Notes: generated by a model from the letters alone, not told the origin. Positions 1 to 9,208 are shown, counted from the stretch's first letter. The stretch: 64,000 bases of DNA from a virus (IMGVR_UViG_3300046810_000370:1891-65890); one strand, 5' to 3'. Made by a program: numbers and translations.

Positions 1-295
1 GGTAGTAGCGGGTCCAGCGACCGCGCCGGTAGTACTCGGCCTCGCGGGGGTAGACGTCTTCGGCGTTGATCACGTCGATGGCGTCCCTGTTGCACTCGAT
101 TTCCTCAACCAGCTTGGCGCGGGCGGCCGGCGAGTACTCCGGGAGTTTCGACGCGTAGGAGCCGGGCTCGACCTCGTCGATGAGGCGGATGCGCTGGCCG
201 AGTCGGGCCGACTTGGCCTGGATGTCGGCGATGCGGCCGTAGGCGCCGGCGAGGTCGGTGTCGATCTCGACGGGCGTGGCGGTGGTGAGGTTCAT
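1..295 (-). CDS. hypothetical phage protein (3' end runs off window)
   Basis: ATG at 295 after AGGAGG RBS and a TTGACA-18-TAGTCT promoter; open to window edge (MNLTTATPVEIDTDL...). Confidence 0.7.
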   Translation of the reverse strand, partial: MNLTTATPVEIDTDLAGAYGRIADIQAKSARLGQRIRLIDEVEPGSYASKLPEYSPAARAKLVEEIECNRDAIDVINAEDVYPREAEYYRRGRWTRYY

Positions 296-337
296 CGTCT
301 GCCTCCTGGTCTGGGGCGCTTCTTGCTGACAACCAGG

Positions 338-367
338 AGACTACGGCTTCTCGCTATTGCATGTCAA
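338..367 (-). promoter_or_regulatory. sigma70/HrdB-type promoter
   Basis: TTGACA-18 nt-TAGTCT on minus strand, intergenic. Confidence 0.75.
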
Positions 368-381
368 GCGACTTCACGAAA

Positions 382-669
382 CTAGTAGCGCTCGATCGTC
401 TCGCCGGACCGCTCCTCGTAGGCGCGGCGCTTCTTGGCGATGGCCTCGACACGCAGGTCGAGTCGCTTGCTCCAGGCGCGCACCTCGGCGGGGTCGATGG
501 TTCCGACCTCGCAGTCGCGCAGCCACCTGATGGGGTCGAATCGGTTGGATGTGCCGGTGAGCGCGTCGGCGATGTTGAAGGCGACGGCACGGCGGGCCTG
601 GGGGCCCTCGTCATCGGCTTCGGCGATGGCAGCCGACAGGGTTTCGTAGTCTCCACGGTCCATGGGCAT
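382..669 (-). CDS. hypothetical protein
   Basis: 95 aa ORF with AGGAGGAG RBS and GC3-rich codons. Confidence 0.7.
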   Translation of the reverse strand: MPMDRGDYETLSAAIAEADDEGPQARRAVAFNIADALTGTSNRFDPIRWLRDCEVGTIDPAEVRAWSKRLDLRVEAIAKKRRAYEERSGETIERY

Positions 670-769
670 GGCGGGCTCCTCCTGGTCTGGGGGCGTTCGT
701 TGGGGAGCGTAAAGGCCGCCCTACTCGGCTGTCGAGTTGGGCGGCCTGTACGCGATGCGTGCGCAAGGA

Positions 770-1003
770 TCATGCAGCGGGGCGGGTCATCTTGTAGAAG
801 CGGTTGGAGTGGATGCGGATGGTGTACTGGGTGGCGTCGCTGGACTCCACGAGGCGGGCCCTGTCGTGGGTCGCGAGTTCCTTCCAGGCCGTGTCGGCGT
901 CGGCCGGGACCAGCTCGCCGGAGCTGGGGTCGTAGCCGAGGCACTCGGTGAACTCGGCCTTGATCTTCAGCATCTTCTTCGAGCCACGGGCGATGGTGCG
1001 CAT
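770..1003 (-). CDS. hypothetical protein
   Basis: 77 aa ORF, AGGA RBS. Confidence 0.65.
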   Translation of the reverse strand: MRTIARGSKKMLKIKAEFTECLGYDPSSGELVPADADTAWKELATHDRARLVESSDATQYTIRIHSNRFYKMTRPAA

Positions 1004-1018
1004 GGTGTCCTTCCTGGG

Positions 1019-1876
1019 TTAGGCGGCGACGCTCGTGCGCTGGCCGCCGATGGCCTTGGTGGAACTGAGCCGGGCAGAGCGTCCGGCGTCGTCTCCGGCC
1101 CTGCGGGAGCGGGTGCTGGTGGTACCGGCGCTGGCGCCTCCCCAGGTCCCCTTCGCGGTGCTCTTGCGGTCGAAGTACTCGTTGACTTCGTCCGTCTTCT
1201 CCTTGAGGACGAGCGCGGCCGACACCTCGACCTCGTAGGGCACTTCCGGGTCGCCGCTGTCCATGGGGAGGGTGTAGACGTTCTTCTTCAGCGACTCCAT
1301 GGCCTCCTCGCGGGCCTTGACCAGCCGGTAGTAGACGCGCTCGGTGAAGCCCTTGTAGAAGTTCTTCCGGGCGGCCTGGGAGGTGATGGGGGCGTACTTC
1401 TCTTCCTGCCAGCGGTTGCCCCAGCGGTCCTTCTTGGCGACCTTGCGCCAGACCACCTCCAGCTTGTAGTCGCCGGTCTTGATCCAGGCGTTGGCCGACT
1501 CGACCATCTGGAAGATCAGGGAGGCGTACAGGACCTCGACGACCTCGATGTCCGACGGCATCCCGAAGGCGATGACGTACGTGTGGTCGTTGCCGATGTT
1601 CAACTTCACGTCGTTGTTCAGGGCGATGTAGTTGAACAGTTCGATGAAGTGCGTGTTGCCCTGCTTGCGCTTCGTACCGATGGTGATGGCCTTGTGGGTG
1701 GGCTGCTCGCGCAGCTCGCGCTTGGCGGTGTACTGGCGGGCCACGGCGAGGTCGATCGCGGTGACGCTGGCCAGGTGCTGCGCCTTGGCCAGGAAGGCGT
1801 CGGCCTCCTCGGGGCTGCCGGCGTTCTCGGCCTGCTTGAGGATCTTGGCCAGCTTGTCGAGCATGCGGTCGCTCAC
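1019..1876 (-). CDS. DUF2786 domain protein
   Basis: N-terminal MLDKLAKILKQAE...PEEADAFLAKAQ pattern typical of DUF2786. Confidence 0.8.
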   Translation of the reverse strand: MSDRMLDKLAKILKQAENAGSPEEADAFLAKAQHLASVTAIDLAVARQYTAKRELREQPTHKAITIGTKRKQGNTHFIELFNYIALNNDVKLNIGNDHTYVIAFGMPSDIEVVEVLYASLIFQMVESANAWIKTGDYKLEVVWRKVAKKDRWGNRWQEEKYAPITSQAARKNFYKGFTERVYYRLVKAREEAMESLKKNVYTLPMDSGDPEVPYEVEVSAALVLKEKTDEVNEYFDRKSTAKGTWGGASAGTTSTRSRRAGDDAGRSARLSSTKAIGGQRTSVAA

Positions 1877-1918
1877 GGGTGCTCCTCCTGGTGTGGGGGC
1901 GTCTGGTTGATGAGGTAG

Positions 1919-1947
1919 AACCTACGGGTTCACGAACCCATTGTCAA
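1919..1947 (-). promoter_or_regulatory. sigma70/HrdB-type promoter with palindromic spacer
   Basis: TTGACA-17 nt-TAGGTT; spacer contains GGGTTC-nn-GAACCC. Confidence 0.7.
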
Positions 1948-1961
1948 TCGCTTTCGCGAAA

Positions 1962-2303
1962 CTACTTTCGCGCCTGTCCGCCACTGGGGATGCTGACCAC
2001 GCGCTTGCCCTGGCGGTAGTCGAAACGCTGCTCCTGGGCGCGGTCGGCGGCGAACTCGTCGTAGGTCTCCTGCACGGCCTTGACGACGTCCTGGATGGAG
2101 TCATAGGGACCGCCGGAGCGGGTGGTCAGACGGGGGGCGTCGATGTCGAAGTGCCAGCCGACGTCCTCGGCGGAGATGTCGTCCTCGGTACCGTTCTCGA
2201 CCACCGCATCCTCGGTCACACGCCATATGGACCCGAGGCGGCCGAACTGGTCGACGACCCCCAGGAGGTCGGAGTCCCCGGTGGCCTTGAAAGTAAGAGA
2301 CAT
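1962..2303 (-). CDS. hypothetical protein
   Basis: 113 aa ORF in operon context. Confidence 0.65.
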   Translation of the reverse strand: MSLTFKATGDSDLLGVVDQFGRLGSIWRVTEDAVVENGTEDDISAEDVGWHFDIDAPRLTTRSGGPYDSIQDVVKAVQETYDEFAADRAQEQRFDYRQGKRVVSIPSGGQARK

Positions 2304-2314
2304 GAGGGCGCCTT

Positions 2315-2830
2315 TCAGGCTGCGGTGAGAGCGCCGAAGGTGACGCCGTGGCGAGTGTAGGAATCGGTGAGTAGCAGGCCGACCTCGGGACCCATGACCT
2401 CCCGCACCAGGTGCAGGTAGGTGGAGGCGTAGGCAGCGCCGTGGGGCTCGTCGTAGGGCGTGAGGTGGTGGGCCAGTTCGTGGAGGATGACCAGTTCCCG
2501 CAGTGCCCAGCCGTTCCCCGTGGTGCCATCGGGGATGGCGAACGTTCGGGTGGCGGGCTCGTACTCGGCCCAGCGGACTCCCTTGCGCCGGCGAACGCGG
2601 ACCGGCAGGACGGTGCGCTCGGGCCAGATGTCGTGGACCCAGTTCAGGGCCAGGACGGCGTCGATGTAGCGCTGGACGCTGTCCAGGTCTCCGAACTTCC
2701 GCTCCAGCGGGATGAGCAGGCTGGAGCCGTAGAAGTCGAAGGTCGGGACGTCGGTGCTGGCGAGGCTTTCGAGGATGTCCTGGACGAGGTATTCGGCGTC
2801 GTAGACGCGCTTCTTCTGGTTGTCGCGCAT
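2315..2830 (-). CDS. TIGR04338-family metallohydrolase (HExxH)
   Basis: MRDNQKKRVYDAE start, VILHELAHH zinc motif, HGAAY. Confidence 0.8.
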   Translation of the reverse strand: MRDNQKKRVYDAEYLVQDILESLASTDVPTFDFYGSSLLIPLERKFGDLDSVQRYIDAVLALNWVHDIWPERTVLPVRVRRRKGVRWAEYEPATRTFAIPDGTTGNGWALRELVILHELAHHLTPYDEPHGAAYASTYLHLVREVMGPEVGLLLTDSYTRHGVTFGALTAA

Positions 2831-2832
2831 GG

Positions 2833-3021
2833 TCAGGCCTCCTTGCCGGTGAGGGCGTTCAGGACCTTGCGCTTGGCCTCGGCGTAGCCCAGGTCGTAGC
2901 CGTTGCTCTGGATGACTCCGGCGATGCGCTCGGCTTCGATGCGGGCGCTGCGCTCGGGGAGGCCGCCGTCCATCAGCCGTACGGCCAGGTCGTTGATCTC
3001 CATCTGGGTCGTGCGGGCCAT
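2833..3021 (-). CDS. hypothetical protein
   Basis: ATG 3021 after AGGAGGAG RBS (MARTTQMEI...). Confidence 0.65.
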   Translation of the reverse strand: MARTTQMEINDLAVRLMDGGLPERSARIEAERIAGVIQSNGYDLGYAEAKRKVLNALTGKEA

Positions 3022-3064
3022 GTGCTCCTCCTGGTGTGGGGGCGTCTCGTTGTCGGCAGGAGAA

Positions 3065-3092
3065 ACAATACTCATGAATCGATAACCGTCAA
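3065..3092 (-). promoter_or_regulatory. putative sigma70-type promoter
   Basis: TTGACG-16 nt-TATTGT; short spacer. Confidence 0.45.
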
Positions 3093-3110
3093 GCCGTAAT
3101 CGGAAAGCAG

Positions 3111-3146
3111 TAAGCCGTGAGCAGCGTCACATGCTGCTCACGGCTT
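3111..3146. terminator. stem-loop, probable terminator
   Basis: AAGCCGTGAGCAGC...GCTGCTCACGGCTT inverted repeat downstream of 3168 stop. Confidence 0.7.
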
Positions 3147-3167
3147 GGGTGGTTGATCAGGAAGGGA

Positions 3168-3545
3168 TCAGGGGGTAGGACTTGGTGTTTCCGTCACCGT
3201 GACGGTCGGCCCCGGGGTCCTGACGTACTTCGTCTTGGCCGGCCGGGCGACACGAACGTATTCGGTGACCGTGGGCCCAGGTGTGTAATGCGTGACCGTG
3301 GGCCCGGGTACCTCCACAATGCGCGGTGTCGCGCTGTGCGTACTCGTGGGTGCGGAGGCATATCGCGTGACCGTGGCCACGGGCTGCGGGTTGGAATCCC
3401 CTTCGGTTCTGGAAGAATCCGACCGAGGATTCCCGGTATGAAGCCCGGCAGAACTCTGTTCGGGAATCATGGCAATTCCGATCGCCGGAACCGCGAGAAT
3501 TCCGATTGCGATCAGGGCCACCTTGGCCCGGTGAATTCCGGTCAT
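3168..3545 (-). CDS. membrane-anchored/secreted Thr/Pro-rich protein
   Basis: N-terminal hydrophobic helix, PGPTVT repeats; ATGA overlap with upstream gene. Confidence 0.65.
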   Translation of the reverse strand: MTGIHRAKVALIAIGILAVPAIGIAMIPEQSSAGLHTGNPRSDSSRTEGDSNPQPVATVTRYASAPTSTHSATPRIVEVPGPTVTHYTPGPTVTEYVRVARPAKTKYVRTPGPTVTVTETPSPTP

Positions 3546-3691
3546 ACCAGCACCGTGCCGAAGCCCTCGCAGGGGACGCAGTCTGCGCCCTCGCGGTCCT
3601 CCCCAGTGCCGTAGCACCGCTTGCACTCGATCTCCTCGGCCGCCTCTTCGCCGGCTTCGGCGGTAGAGGGCGCTTGCACGTCTACGCTCAT
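3542..3691 (-). CDS. small DnaJ-type zinc-finger protein (49 aa, not in ORF track)
   Basis: Manual translation: CKRCYGTG...CVPCEGFG (two CxxCxGxG motifs). Confidence 0.7.
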   Translation of the reverse strand: MSVDVQAPSTAEAGEEAAEEIECKRCYGTGEDREGADCVPCEGFGTVLV

Positions 3692-3703
3692 GAGAAGTAC
3701 TAA

Positions 3704-5242
3704 CTAACCTTCCTGGTTGATGTAAGTTGGTACATCGACGATTTCGGCATCAATGAAACCGGTGGACGCCTCGATCATCCGGTCCGCCGGAACGGGCCTG
3801 TCGAGTGCCGTCATCTGCTCGCCGGCATCGCGTCCGAAGATACGGCTGATCATACCGGCCCCGCCACCATTCCCCTTAGCCTCCAGTTTCACGGAGAAGG
3901 AATCCTGGGCGAGTTCCGTGCTGACCTTCACCAGTTTCTGGAGACGGTCGATCTCGTTGGACAGGTTCGGATCCGCGTAGCCGCCGGTCATATCCTCGAC
4001 CATCTTCATGAAGAAGACCCGCTGCGACTGCATCTCGATGAGCGAATTCTGGAGCGCCTGCATCTGCGGCTTGGTCTTCACTTCGACCGGGATGTCGTAC
4101 GCGCAGTTGGCATTCTGGTCGAAGGCCGGGCACTTCGAGGACAGGAAGCAGGAGCCACAGGCCCGCATGGACTGACTGCGGACCGTGAGGAGGGGGATGT
4201 CCCGCTCCTTGTTCACACCGTCCTCGGGGTCGGTGTAGACCTCCTTCTCCTGCACCAGGCCGATGACCGGCAAGTTGGTACGCGAGCGGTCCCTCCGGAC
4301 GGCCGGTGTTGATCCGGAGTTGAGCGTTTTTCCGTCCTCCGTATCAACTGGAGTGCCACCCATTTGAGAGAAACTCGAAAGTACTCCCGAACCGGAAGTA
4401 GTAACTTCCTGGGCCTCCTGCGGCCGGTGCTCGTCGATCGAGCCGGCCAGTTGCTGCCACGACCAGATGGTGAAGCGCAGGACCTCGTCGTTCTCCCCGG
4501 CCTCGATACGGTCGGCGTCGAATCCCGCGTCGGTGAATAGCATGCGGTGCCGCTTTCGCGCCTGGTCCTTGTACTTCTTCGGATAGCGCTTCAATTCCCG
4601 GCCGGTCCACACAATGGTGTCACCGTACTGGGAAGGGGAAAGCCAGGAGGTCGACGCGACGCTGTCCCAGTTAACAGCAGCCATTTCCGTCGGCTTAGTC
4701 ATTGCGACGCCGTGGAGCAGAGTGCCGTATTTCCGGGTGATCTCGTTGAGTACCGGCGTGAGATTACGGCCATCGAGATCCGTTTGCGTCACACCGACTC
4801 GCTTATACCTCTGGGCAAGCCTGTCGAGTTCGTCGACTCCCCATTCCGAATGCCATATCGGAAGGAACTTGTCTTCCGGCAGGTCCTCGTAGAAGTCCTC
4901 GCGCCGGGCCTCTATCCATTCCCGTCCGAGAACGACAGCGTCGAACTCGGACACCATATGAAGCGAATCGATGTTCTGCTGGACGAAGGCCTCGTAATGG
5001 GCCGCGATGTCCTTCAGTTCACCGATCGAGTACTTGTCGTCGTCGGCCTTGTTGACCGTGTAGGCGCCGGAGTCCAGGAACACCTTCTGGCTGTCGAGGT
5101 AGTTGTCCTCGATCAGCCAGGGTCGGGTGAACTTGGTGCGCCGGCGCAGGCCCATGTACGAGAGGGAGACGGTCTCGACGCCTTCCTCGGCCAGCATCTT
5201 GCGCCAGCCGGGAATCTCGGATCCGCCGAGGAAGAGGTGCAC
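3704..5242 (-). CDS. TGT/DpdA-like TIM-barrel protein with C-terminal Cys cluster
   Basis: VFLDSGAY, LPIWH, LLHGVA motifs resemble queuine tRNA-ribosyltransferase-like folds; CGSC-x5-C-x8-C. Confidence 0.55.
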   Translation of the reverse strand: MHLFLGGSEIPGWRKMLAEEGVETVSLSYMGLRRRTKFTRPWLIEDNYLDSQKVFLDSGAYTVNKADDDKYSIGELKDIAAHYEAFVQQNIDSLHMVSEFDAVVLGREWIEARREDFYEDLPEDKFLPIWHSEWGVDELDRLAQRYKRVGVTQTDLDGRNLTPVLNEITRKYGTLLHGVAMTKPTEMAAVNWDSVASTSWLSPSQYGDTIVWTGRELKRYPKKYKDQARKRHRMLFTDAGFDADRIEAGENDEVLRFTIWSWQQLAGSIDEHRPQEAQEVTTSGSGVLSSFSQMGGTPVDTEDGKTLNSGSTPAVRRDRSRTNLPVIGLVQEKEVYTDPEDGVNKERDIPLLTVRSQSMRACGSCFLSSKCPAFDQNANCAYDIPVEVKTKPQMQALQNSLIEMQSQRVFFMKMVEDMTGGYADPNLSNEIDRLQKLVKVSTELAQDSFSVKLEAKGNGGGAGMISRIFGRDAGEQMTALDRPVPADRMIEASTGFIDAEIVDVPTYINQEG

Positions 5243-5269
5243 GGTTGGGTACTCCGAATCAGGTTGGGG

Positions 5270-6070
5270 TTACTTGCGGGTGGTCGGCTGATCGGCCACG
5301 TAGCCCGGCGTGTTGGCCCTACGCGTGGCCGCGATCGAGAAGAGTGCCAACTCGGGAGACTTACGCGCGGCGCGAGGGGCGCCGGGAGCGGGCGGGGCGT
5401 TCTTTGTCCTCTGCTTGGGGGCCGGCGTGGCTGCGCGGGCGAACTGCTGCGGGTTGGTGGCCGCACCCGGAACGGCGAACGTCTCCTGGACCGGGGCCTG
5501 CGGCTTCGAAGCGGTCGGCGCAGGGGCGCTCCCTGGCTTGGGCCTGGAGAAGCCCTTCTGCTCATGCTGCGGCCGACCGTCGGTGTAGTTGCCCAGCGGC
5601 TTGAACTGCCATCCGGGGCGGCCTTCATGATCCGTCCAGCCGTCTTCACGGGCGGAGGGGTCGCCGGAGTGCGGCTTCGAGCCGAACGCGGCGTGGAAGT
5701 CGTCCCAGGCCCCGCCGGACGGCTTGCTCTGCGCCTGGATGCCGTTCATCCGGGCGTTGAAGGTATGAAGCAGGTCGGAGGCTGCACCGGAGTGCTGGGC
5801 GTGCCAGTTGTCCAGATCGGACTGATGGTCCTCGCCGACGCGCTTGATCTCTTCGCGGGCGGCCGGGCTGGCCGTCGGCTGGGCGGCCTGCTGGCCCTGT
5901 CCCCGTGTGCGGATCTTGATGCGGGGGTTGGCCGGCTGCTGGCCGTTGCGGGCGTTCTCCAGGTCGCTGACGCGGTCCTCGACGGATCGGTTGGAGCCGG
6001 GGAACTGGAGGGGGTTGAGGTATCGGGCCTTGAACTGGGTTGCTATGGAGTGGAAGACCGTGGCGCTCAT
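5270..6070 (-). CDS. hypothetical low-complexity protein
   Basis: ATG 6070 overlaps upstream stop; Pro/Ala/Gln-rich. Confidence 0.6.
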   Translation of the reverse strand: MSATVFHSIATQFKARYLNPLQFPGSNRSVEDRVSDLENARNGQQPANPRIKIRTRGQGQQAAQPTASPAAREEIKRVGEDHQSDLDNWHAQHSGAASDLLHTFNARMNGIQAQSKPSGGAWDDFHAAFGSKPHSGDPSAREDGWTDHEGRPGWQFKPLGNYTDGRPQHEQKGFSRPKPGSAPAPTASKPQAPVQETFAVPGAATNPQQFARAATPAPKQRTKNAPPAPGAPRAARKSPELALFSIAATRRANTPGYVADQPTTRK

Positions 6071-6366
6071 GGTCGTGGGTCCTTTCGGACGAAGTAGAGG
6101 TAGCGGTGACCGGCCAGGAAACTGGCCAGGAAGCCGACGTTGATCAGCGACCGGGACGACGTGGTCGAGGTCAGGAACACGGCCGTGAAGGCCGTCACGT
6201 TGGCGCTGTAGACGAAGAGAGTTGCTGCGAGCCACCGCTCGCCGGCGCCGAGCTGGCGCCAGGCGGGGAGGGTCGCGCGGAGCAGCAGGCCCGCGAAGGC
6301 CGCTCCGGTGAGGACGGAGAGGGTGCGGGCGATGCCGATGAACAGGCCGTAGCCGTTGCTGATCAC
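6067..6366 (-). CDS. small membrane protein
   Basis: Three hydrophobic segments. Confidence 0.65.
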   Translation of the reverse strand: MISNGYGLFIGIARTLSVLTGAAFAGLLLRATLPAWRQLGAGERWLAATLFVYSANVTAFTAVFLTSTTSSRSLINVGFLASFLAGHRYLYFVRKDPRP

Positions 6367-6857
6367 AGGATCTCCATGTGTGGGCGCGGATCTTCTTCGC
6401 GTAGTGCTCGCTGCCTCTCGACCTCGTCCACCAGGGCTGACCAGGGGGTGACGCTCTCCTGGTAGTCGGGGCGGAAGCGCGGAGAGGAGTAGTTGGGGTG
6501 CAGGTAGTTCAGGACGCCGACACCGTTGGACATGACGTGTGCGGCGATCTCCGGGTCGGGCTCGACGAGCAGCTCGACCGCGCAGCCGGCCTGCCGTAGC
6601 CGGGAGATCTGCCGCATCCGGCGCTCGCGCGGGTCCTCGGGGTCGTGGATGTGCGCGGGGATGAGGTACGGGTGCTTGTTGAAGCCGTTGACGCGTAGCC
6701 AGTGCTTGACCGGCTCGGTGTCGGTGTTGTCGGTGATGAGGGCGACGTTGTAGGTCTCCATCAGGCCCCAGTACAGGCGCTGGCCCTGGTGGATGACGGC
6801 CTCGCCGACCTCCCTGGACAGCACGCCTTCAACGACGATGGCGACGGTTGCGGTCAT
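6363..6857 (-). CDS. HAD-fold-like hypothetical protein
   Basis: AIVVEGVL (degenerate DxDGxL), LITD, WL, LLVEPD layout. Confidence 0.5.
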   Translation of the reverse strand: MTATVAIVVEGVLSREVGEAVIHQGQRLYWGLMETYNVALITDNTDTEPVKHWLRVNGFNKHPYLIPAHIHDPEDPRERRMRQISRLRQAGCAVELLVEPDPEIAAHVMSNGVGVLNYLHPNYSSPRFRPDYQESVTPWSALVDEVERQRALREEDPRPHMEIL

Positions 6858-6863
6858 CGCCGA

Positions 6864-7718
6864 TCACCCGTGCCGGTGGTCGTGCAGGCCGTCCTTGTGC
6901 TCCTGCTCGTGGCGCCTGTAGTCCTGGTTCTGGTCGTGTGCCAGGAAGCGAGGGCTGACCCCGTGGGCTTGCATCAGGTGCTCGTGGATGGCGTCCAGGC
7001 CGGTGTTCTGCTTGATCTTCGGCTGGGCAGGGGTGTTCTTCTCGAACTGGTCGAGGTTCAGGACGTGCGCACCGACGTGGGTGTCTCCCCGGCCGCGCGC
7101 TTCGGCGAGGCGGTGATGTGCGTCGGCGACGTACGGCGTGCCGCCCTGGACGACGACCTTGACGTGCGGGTGGTCGGGGTCGAGCGGGCCGGTGATGTAC
7201 GAGTGGGAGCCGGTCTCGAACGCGGTCTGGCCGGTGTGCAGGACGGCGCTGGTGCTGATGCTCTGGAACTTGGCGTGCTTGTCCCAGAAGGCCTCGTTGC
7301 CGTGGCTCATCTGCGGGCCGTGCTTCTCGTACCACTTGTCGTCGATCTTGGTGTCGACGACGTTGCCGTGCCCGTCGAGGTGCCCGAACTGCTGCGGGTT
7401 GTGCGGCGGGCCCATGACCGTCTGCCCCTCGGACTGGGGGTAGTTGGTGCGCTCCTCGTCATGGATGAGCGTCTCGTCGCGGGCGGCGCCGAGCGAGGTG
7501 ACCTTGGTGAACATCCCGCCGCTGTGAGGCGTGGGATGCCCGATATGAAGCGCGCCGGGCTTGGCCTGGAGGTGCAGCGGCGTGTCCCGGGTCAGGTGGT
7601 ACTTCGCGCGGAGCGCGGTCTGCTTCTGGCCCTGGGCGGACACCTTGCTGCCCAGGGGGACGGGGAGCGCGGTCTGCTCGAACTGCGGGCCGGCCACGGC
7701 TGGCTTGGGTATGGCCAT
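6864..7718 (-). CDS. His-rich protein with ParB/Srx-like domain
   Basis: VKVVVQGGTPYVADAHHRLAEA resembles the ParB-N DGHHR motif. Confidence 0.55.
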   Translation of the reverse strand: MAIPKPAVAGPQFEQTALPVPLGSKVSAQGQKQTALRAKYHLTRDTPLHLQAKPGALHIGHPTPHSGGMFTKVTSLGAARDETLIHDEERTNYPQSEGQTVMGPPHNPQQFGHLDGHGNVVDTKIDDKWYEKHGPQMSHGNEAFWDKHAKFQSISTSAVLHTGQTAFETGSHSYITGPLDPDHPHVKVVVQGGTPYVADAHHRLAEARGRGDTHVGAHVLNLDQFEKNTPAQPKIKQNTGLDAIHEHLMQAHGVSPRFLAHDQNQDYRRHEQEHKDGLHDHRHG

Positions 7719-8710
7719 CACGGTCTCCTGTAGGGGGTGTTCCAAAGGGCTGCCGTGGCCAGTGCCGTGGCAGCGTCATCAAGGGGAGCCCCGTACAGAT
7801 CCGTTTCTTGCGCCTTGCGGGCCTCGGTGGCCGCTGTGGCCAGGGTGCTCAGGGCCTGGACGACCCCGGACTCCTTGTGTGCCTGCCAGCGGTAGTTGTA
7901 GTAGTCGCCGTAGCCCTCGCCGTTGTTGGAGAAGGCCAGGCGCCGGCTGAGGTGGATGTCGTCGAAGAGGGCCTTGGCCTGCTCGACGACGACGGACTGG
8001 GAGTCGATGGCGTTCTTCCAGGCCGGGCTGTTCTCGACGCTCTGGGCGGCCTGGCCGCGCAGCAGGCCGTAGCGGTTGACGAGCAGCTCGGCGTGCTTCT
8101 GCTCGGCGTCCACGGAGGTCTTCCACTCGGCCGGGTAGAGGCTGCGCGGGTCGTCCGGGAGGTTCGGCGGGGTGATATCCCAGCGGTCGGCGGTGAGGTT
8201 GTAGGCCGCATAGGGATGAATTGCCGCGATGCTGTGCGCGCTCGTACCGGGGTTCAGGTAGTAGGTGACCTCGTACGTCTGGCCGTGGAAGTTGGTATTT
8301 GCGGTGGTCGGCCAGACGGTTTGCCGGAGGTCTGAGTTCAGCAGGTCGGCGAATTCCGTCTCGGAGATCCCCTGGAATGTGGGGTTGTCCTCGTAGAACT
8401 TCGGGAAGTCGATTCCGAAGAGCACGTCGAGGTCGCCGTTGCCTCGGTCGCCGGCCCACTGGTAGGAGATGCCGGATCCAGCGAGCCAGGCCGCTGACCA
8501 GGCACGGGAGCCCTTGTAGCGGGCGTCGAGGTACTGGTTCAGGATGCCGAGGATGTGGTCGCGCACGTCAGGCTTGATGTGTCGCCTGTCGAAGATGTGC
8601 GGGTCCAGGGTGCGCTGCGGCGTGCTGAAATACCCGGAGGCCCCCGAATGAATGTCGGGCTGCGCTCCCTGGGTTACCGTGCGATTGAGGTAGAACTCGT
8701 ATCCGGCCAT
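7718..8710 (-). CDS. pol-beta superfamily nucleotidyltransferase
   Basis: LAGSG...GDLDVLF (GS-x-DxD) signature. Confidence 0.7.
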   Translation of the reverse strand: MAGYEFYLNRTVTQGAQPDIHSGASGYFSTPQRTLDPHIFDRRHIKPDVRDHILGILNQYLDARYKGSRAWSAAWLAGSGISYQWAGDRGNGDLDVLFGIDFPKFYEDNPTFQGISETEFADLLNSDLRQTVWPTTANTNFHGQTYEVTYYLNPGTSAHSIAAIHPYAAYNLTADRWDITPPNLPDDPRSLYPAEWKTSVDAEQKHAELLVNRYGLLRGQAAQSVENSPAWKNAIDSQSVVVEQAKALFDDIHLSRRLAFSNNGEGYGDYYNYRWQAHKESGVVQALSTLATAATEARKAQETDLYGAPLDDAATALATAALWNTPYRRP

Positions 8711-8735
8711 GATTTCGATTCTAGCGGGAAAAGGG

Positions 8736-8771
8736 AAAGCCCCCGATTCTGGAATATGAATCGGGGGCTTT
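8736..8771. terminator. intrinsic terminator-like hairpin
   Basis: AAAGCCCCCGATTC...GAATCGGGGGCTTT perfect 14 bp stem. Confidence 0.75.
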
Positions 8772-8788
8772 AGTAGTTGCTATTTCTC

Positions 8789-9178
8789 TCAGAGTTTGAG
8801 AGAAGCACGCAGTTGGGCCTCCTGGGCCTGCCGCTGCATTGCCTGCCCGACCATCATCATCTGCTGCTGGGTGCGCTGGGCCGTCTCCATGACGGTGAGG
8901 TCCTTCTGCACCACCGCGACCGCGCCGTAGATGTCGTCGGTGGTGGCGCCGCGCCGGGGGACGAACTGCTGGGTCAGGTCGGCGGTGGCGACGACTGCAC
9001 CATCGAGGCCGACCGCGACGAGGAACGCCGTGGTGACCGGGGTGCCGACCTCGTCCTCGCCGGGCGGGTGCTCGTCCGCCATCTTGGCGAGGGCCTCACG
9101 CTGCTCGGGCGTGAGGTCGTCGGTATGAAGCGCGTCGGCGGGCTTGGCGGGGGTCTGGCCGAGGATCGGGATGCTCAT
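8789..9178 (-). CDS. hypothetical protein
   Basis: 129 aa ORF with GGAG RBS. Confidence 0.7.
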   Translation of the reverse strand: MSIPILGQTPAKPADALHTDDLTPEQREALAKMADEHPPGEDEVGTPVTTAFLVAVGLDGAVVATADLTQQFVPRRGATTDDIYGAVAVVQKDLTVMETAQRTQQQMMMVGQAMQRQAQEAQLRASLKL

Positions 9179-9208
9179 GTGTGTGCTCCAGGTATGTGTC
9201 GGGTGGGG

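Larger units (their letters stand above)
302..3047 (-). repeat. repeated 5' leader/RBS element AGACGCCCCCACACCAGGAGGAGCAC
   Basis: Identical 26-mers at 1879-1904 and 3022-3047; variants at 675-696 and 302-319. Confidence 0.85.

Noticed and set aside
7230-7243. LHT as a peptide-level signal (degron or cleavage site)
   Set aside because: Codons are fixed to rare CTT/CAT; this LHT is coded CTG CAC ACC and was not counted
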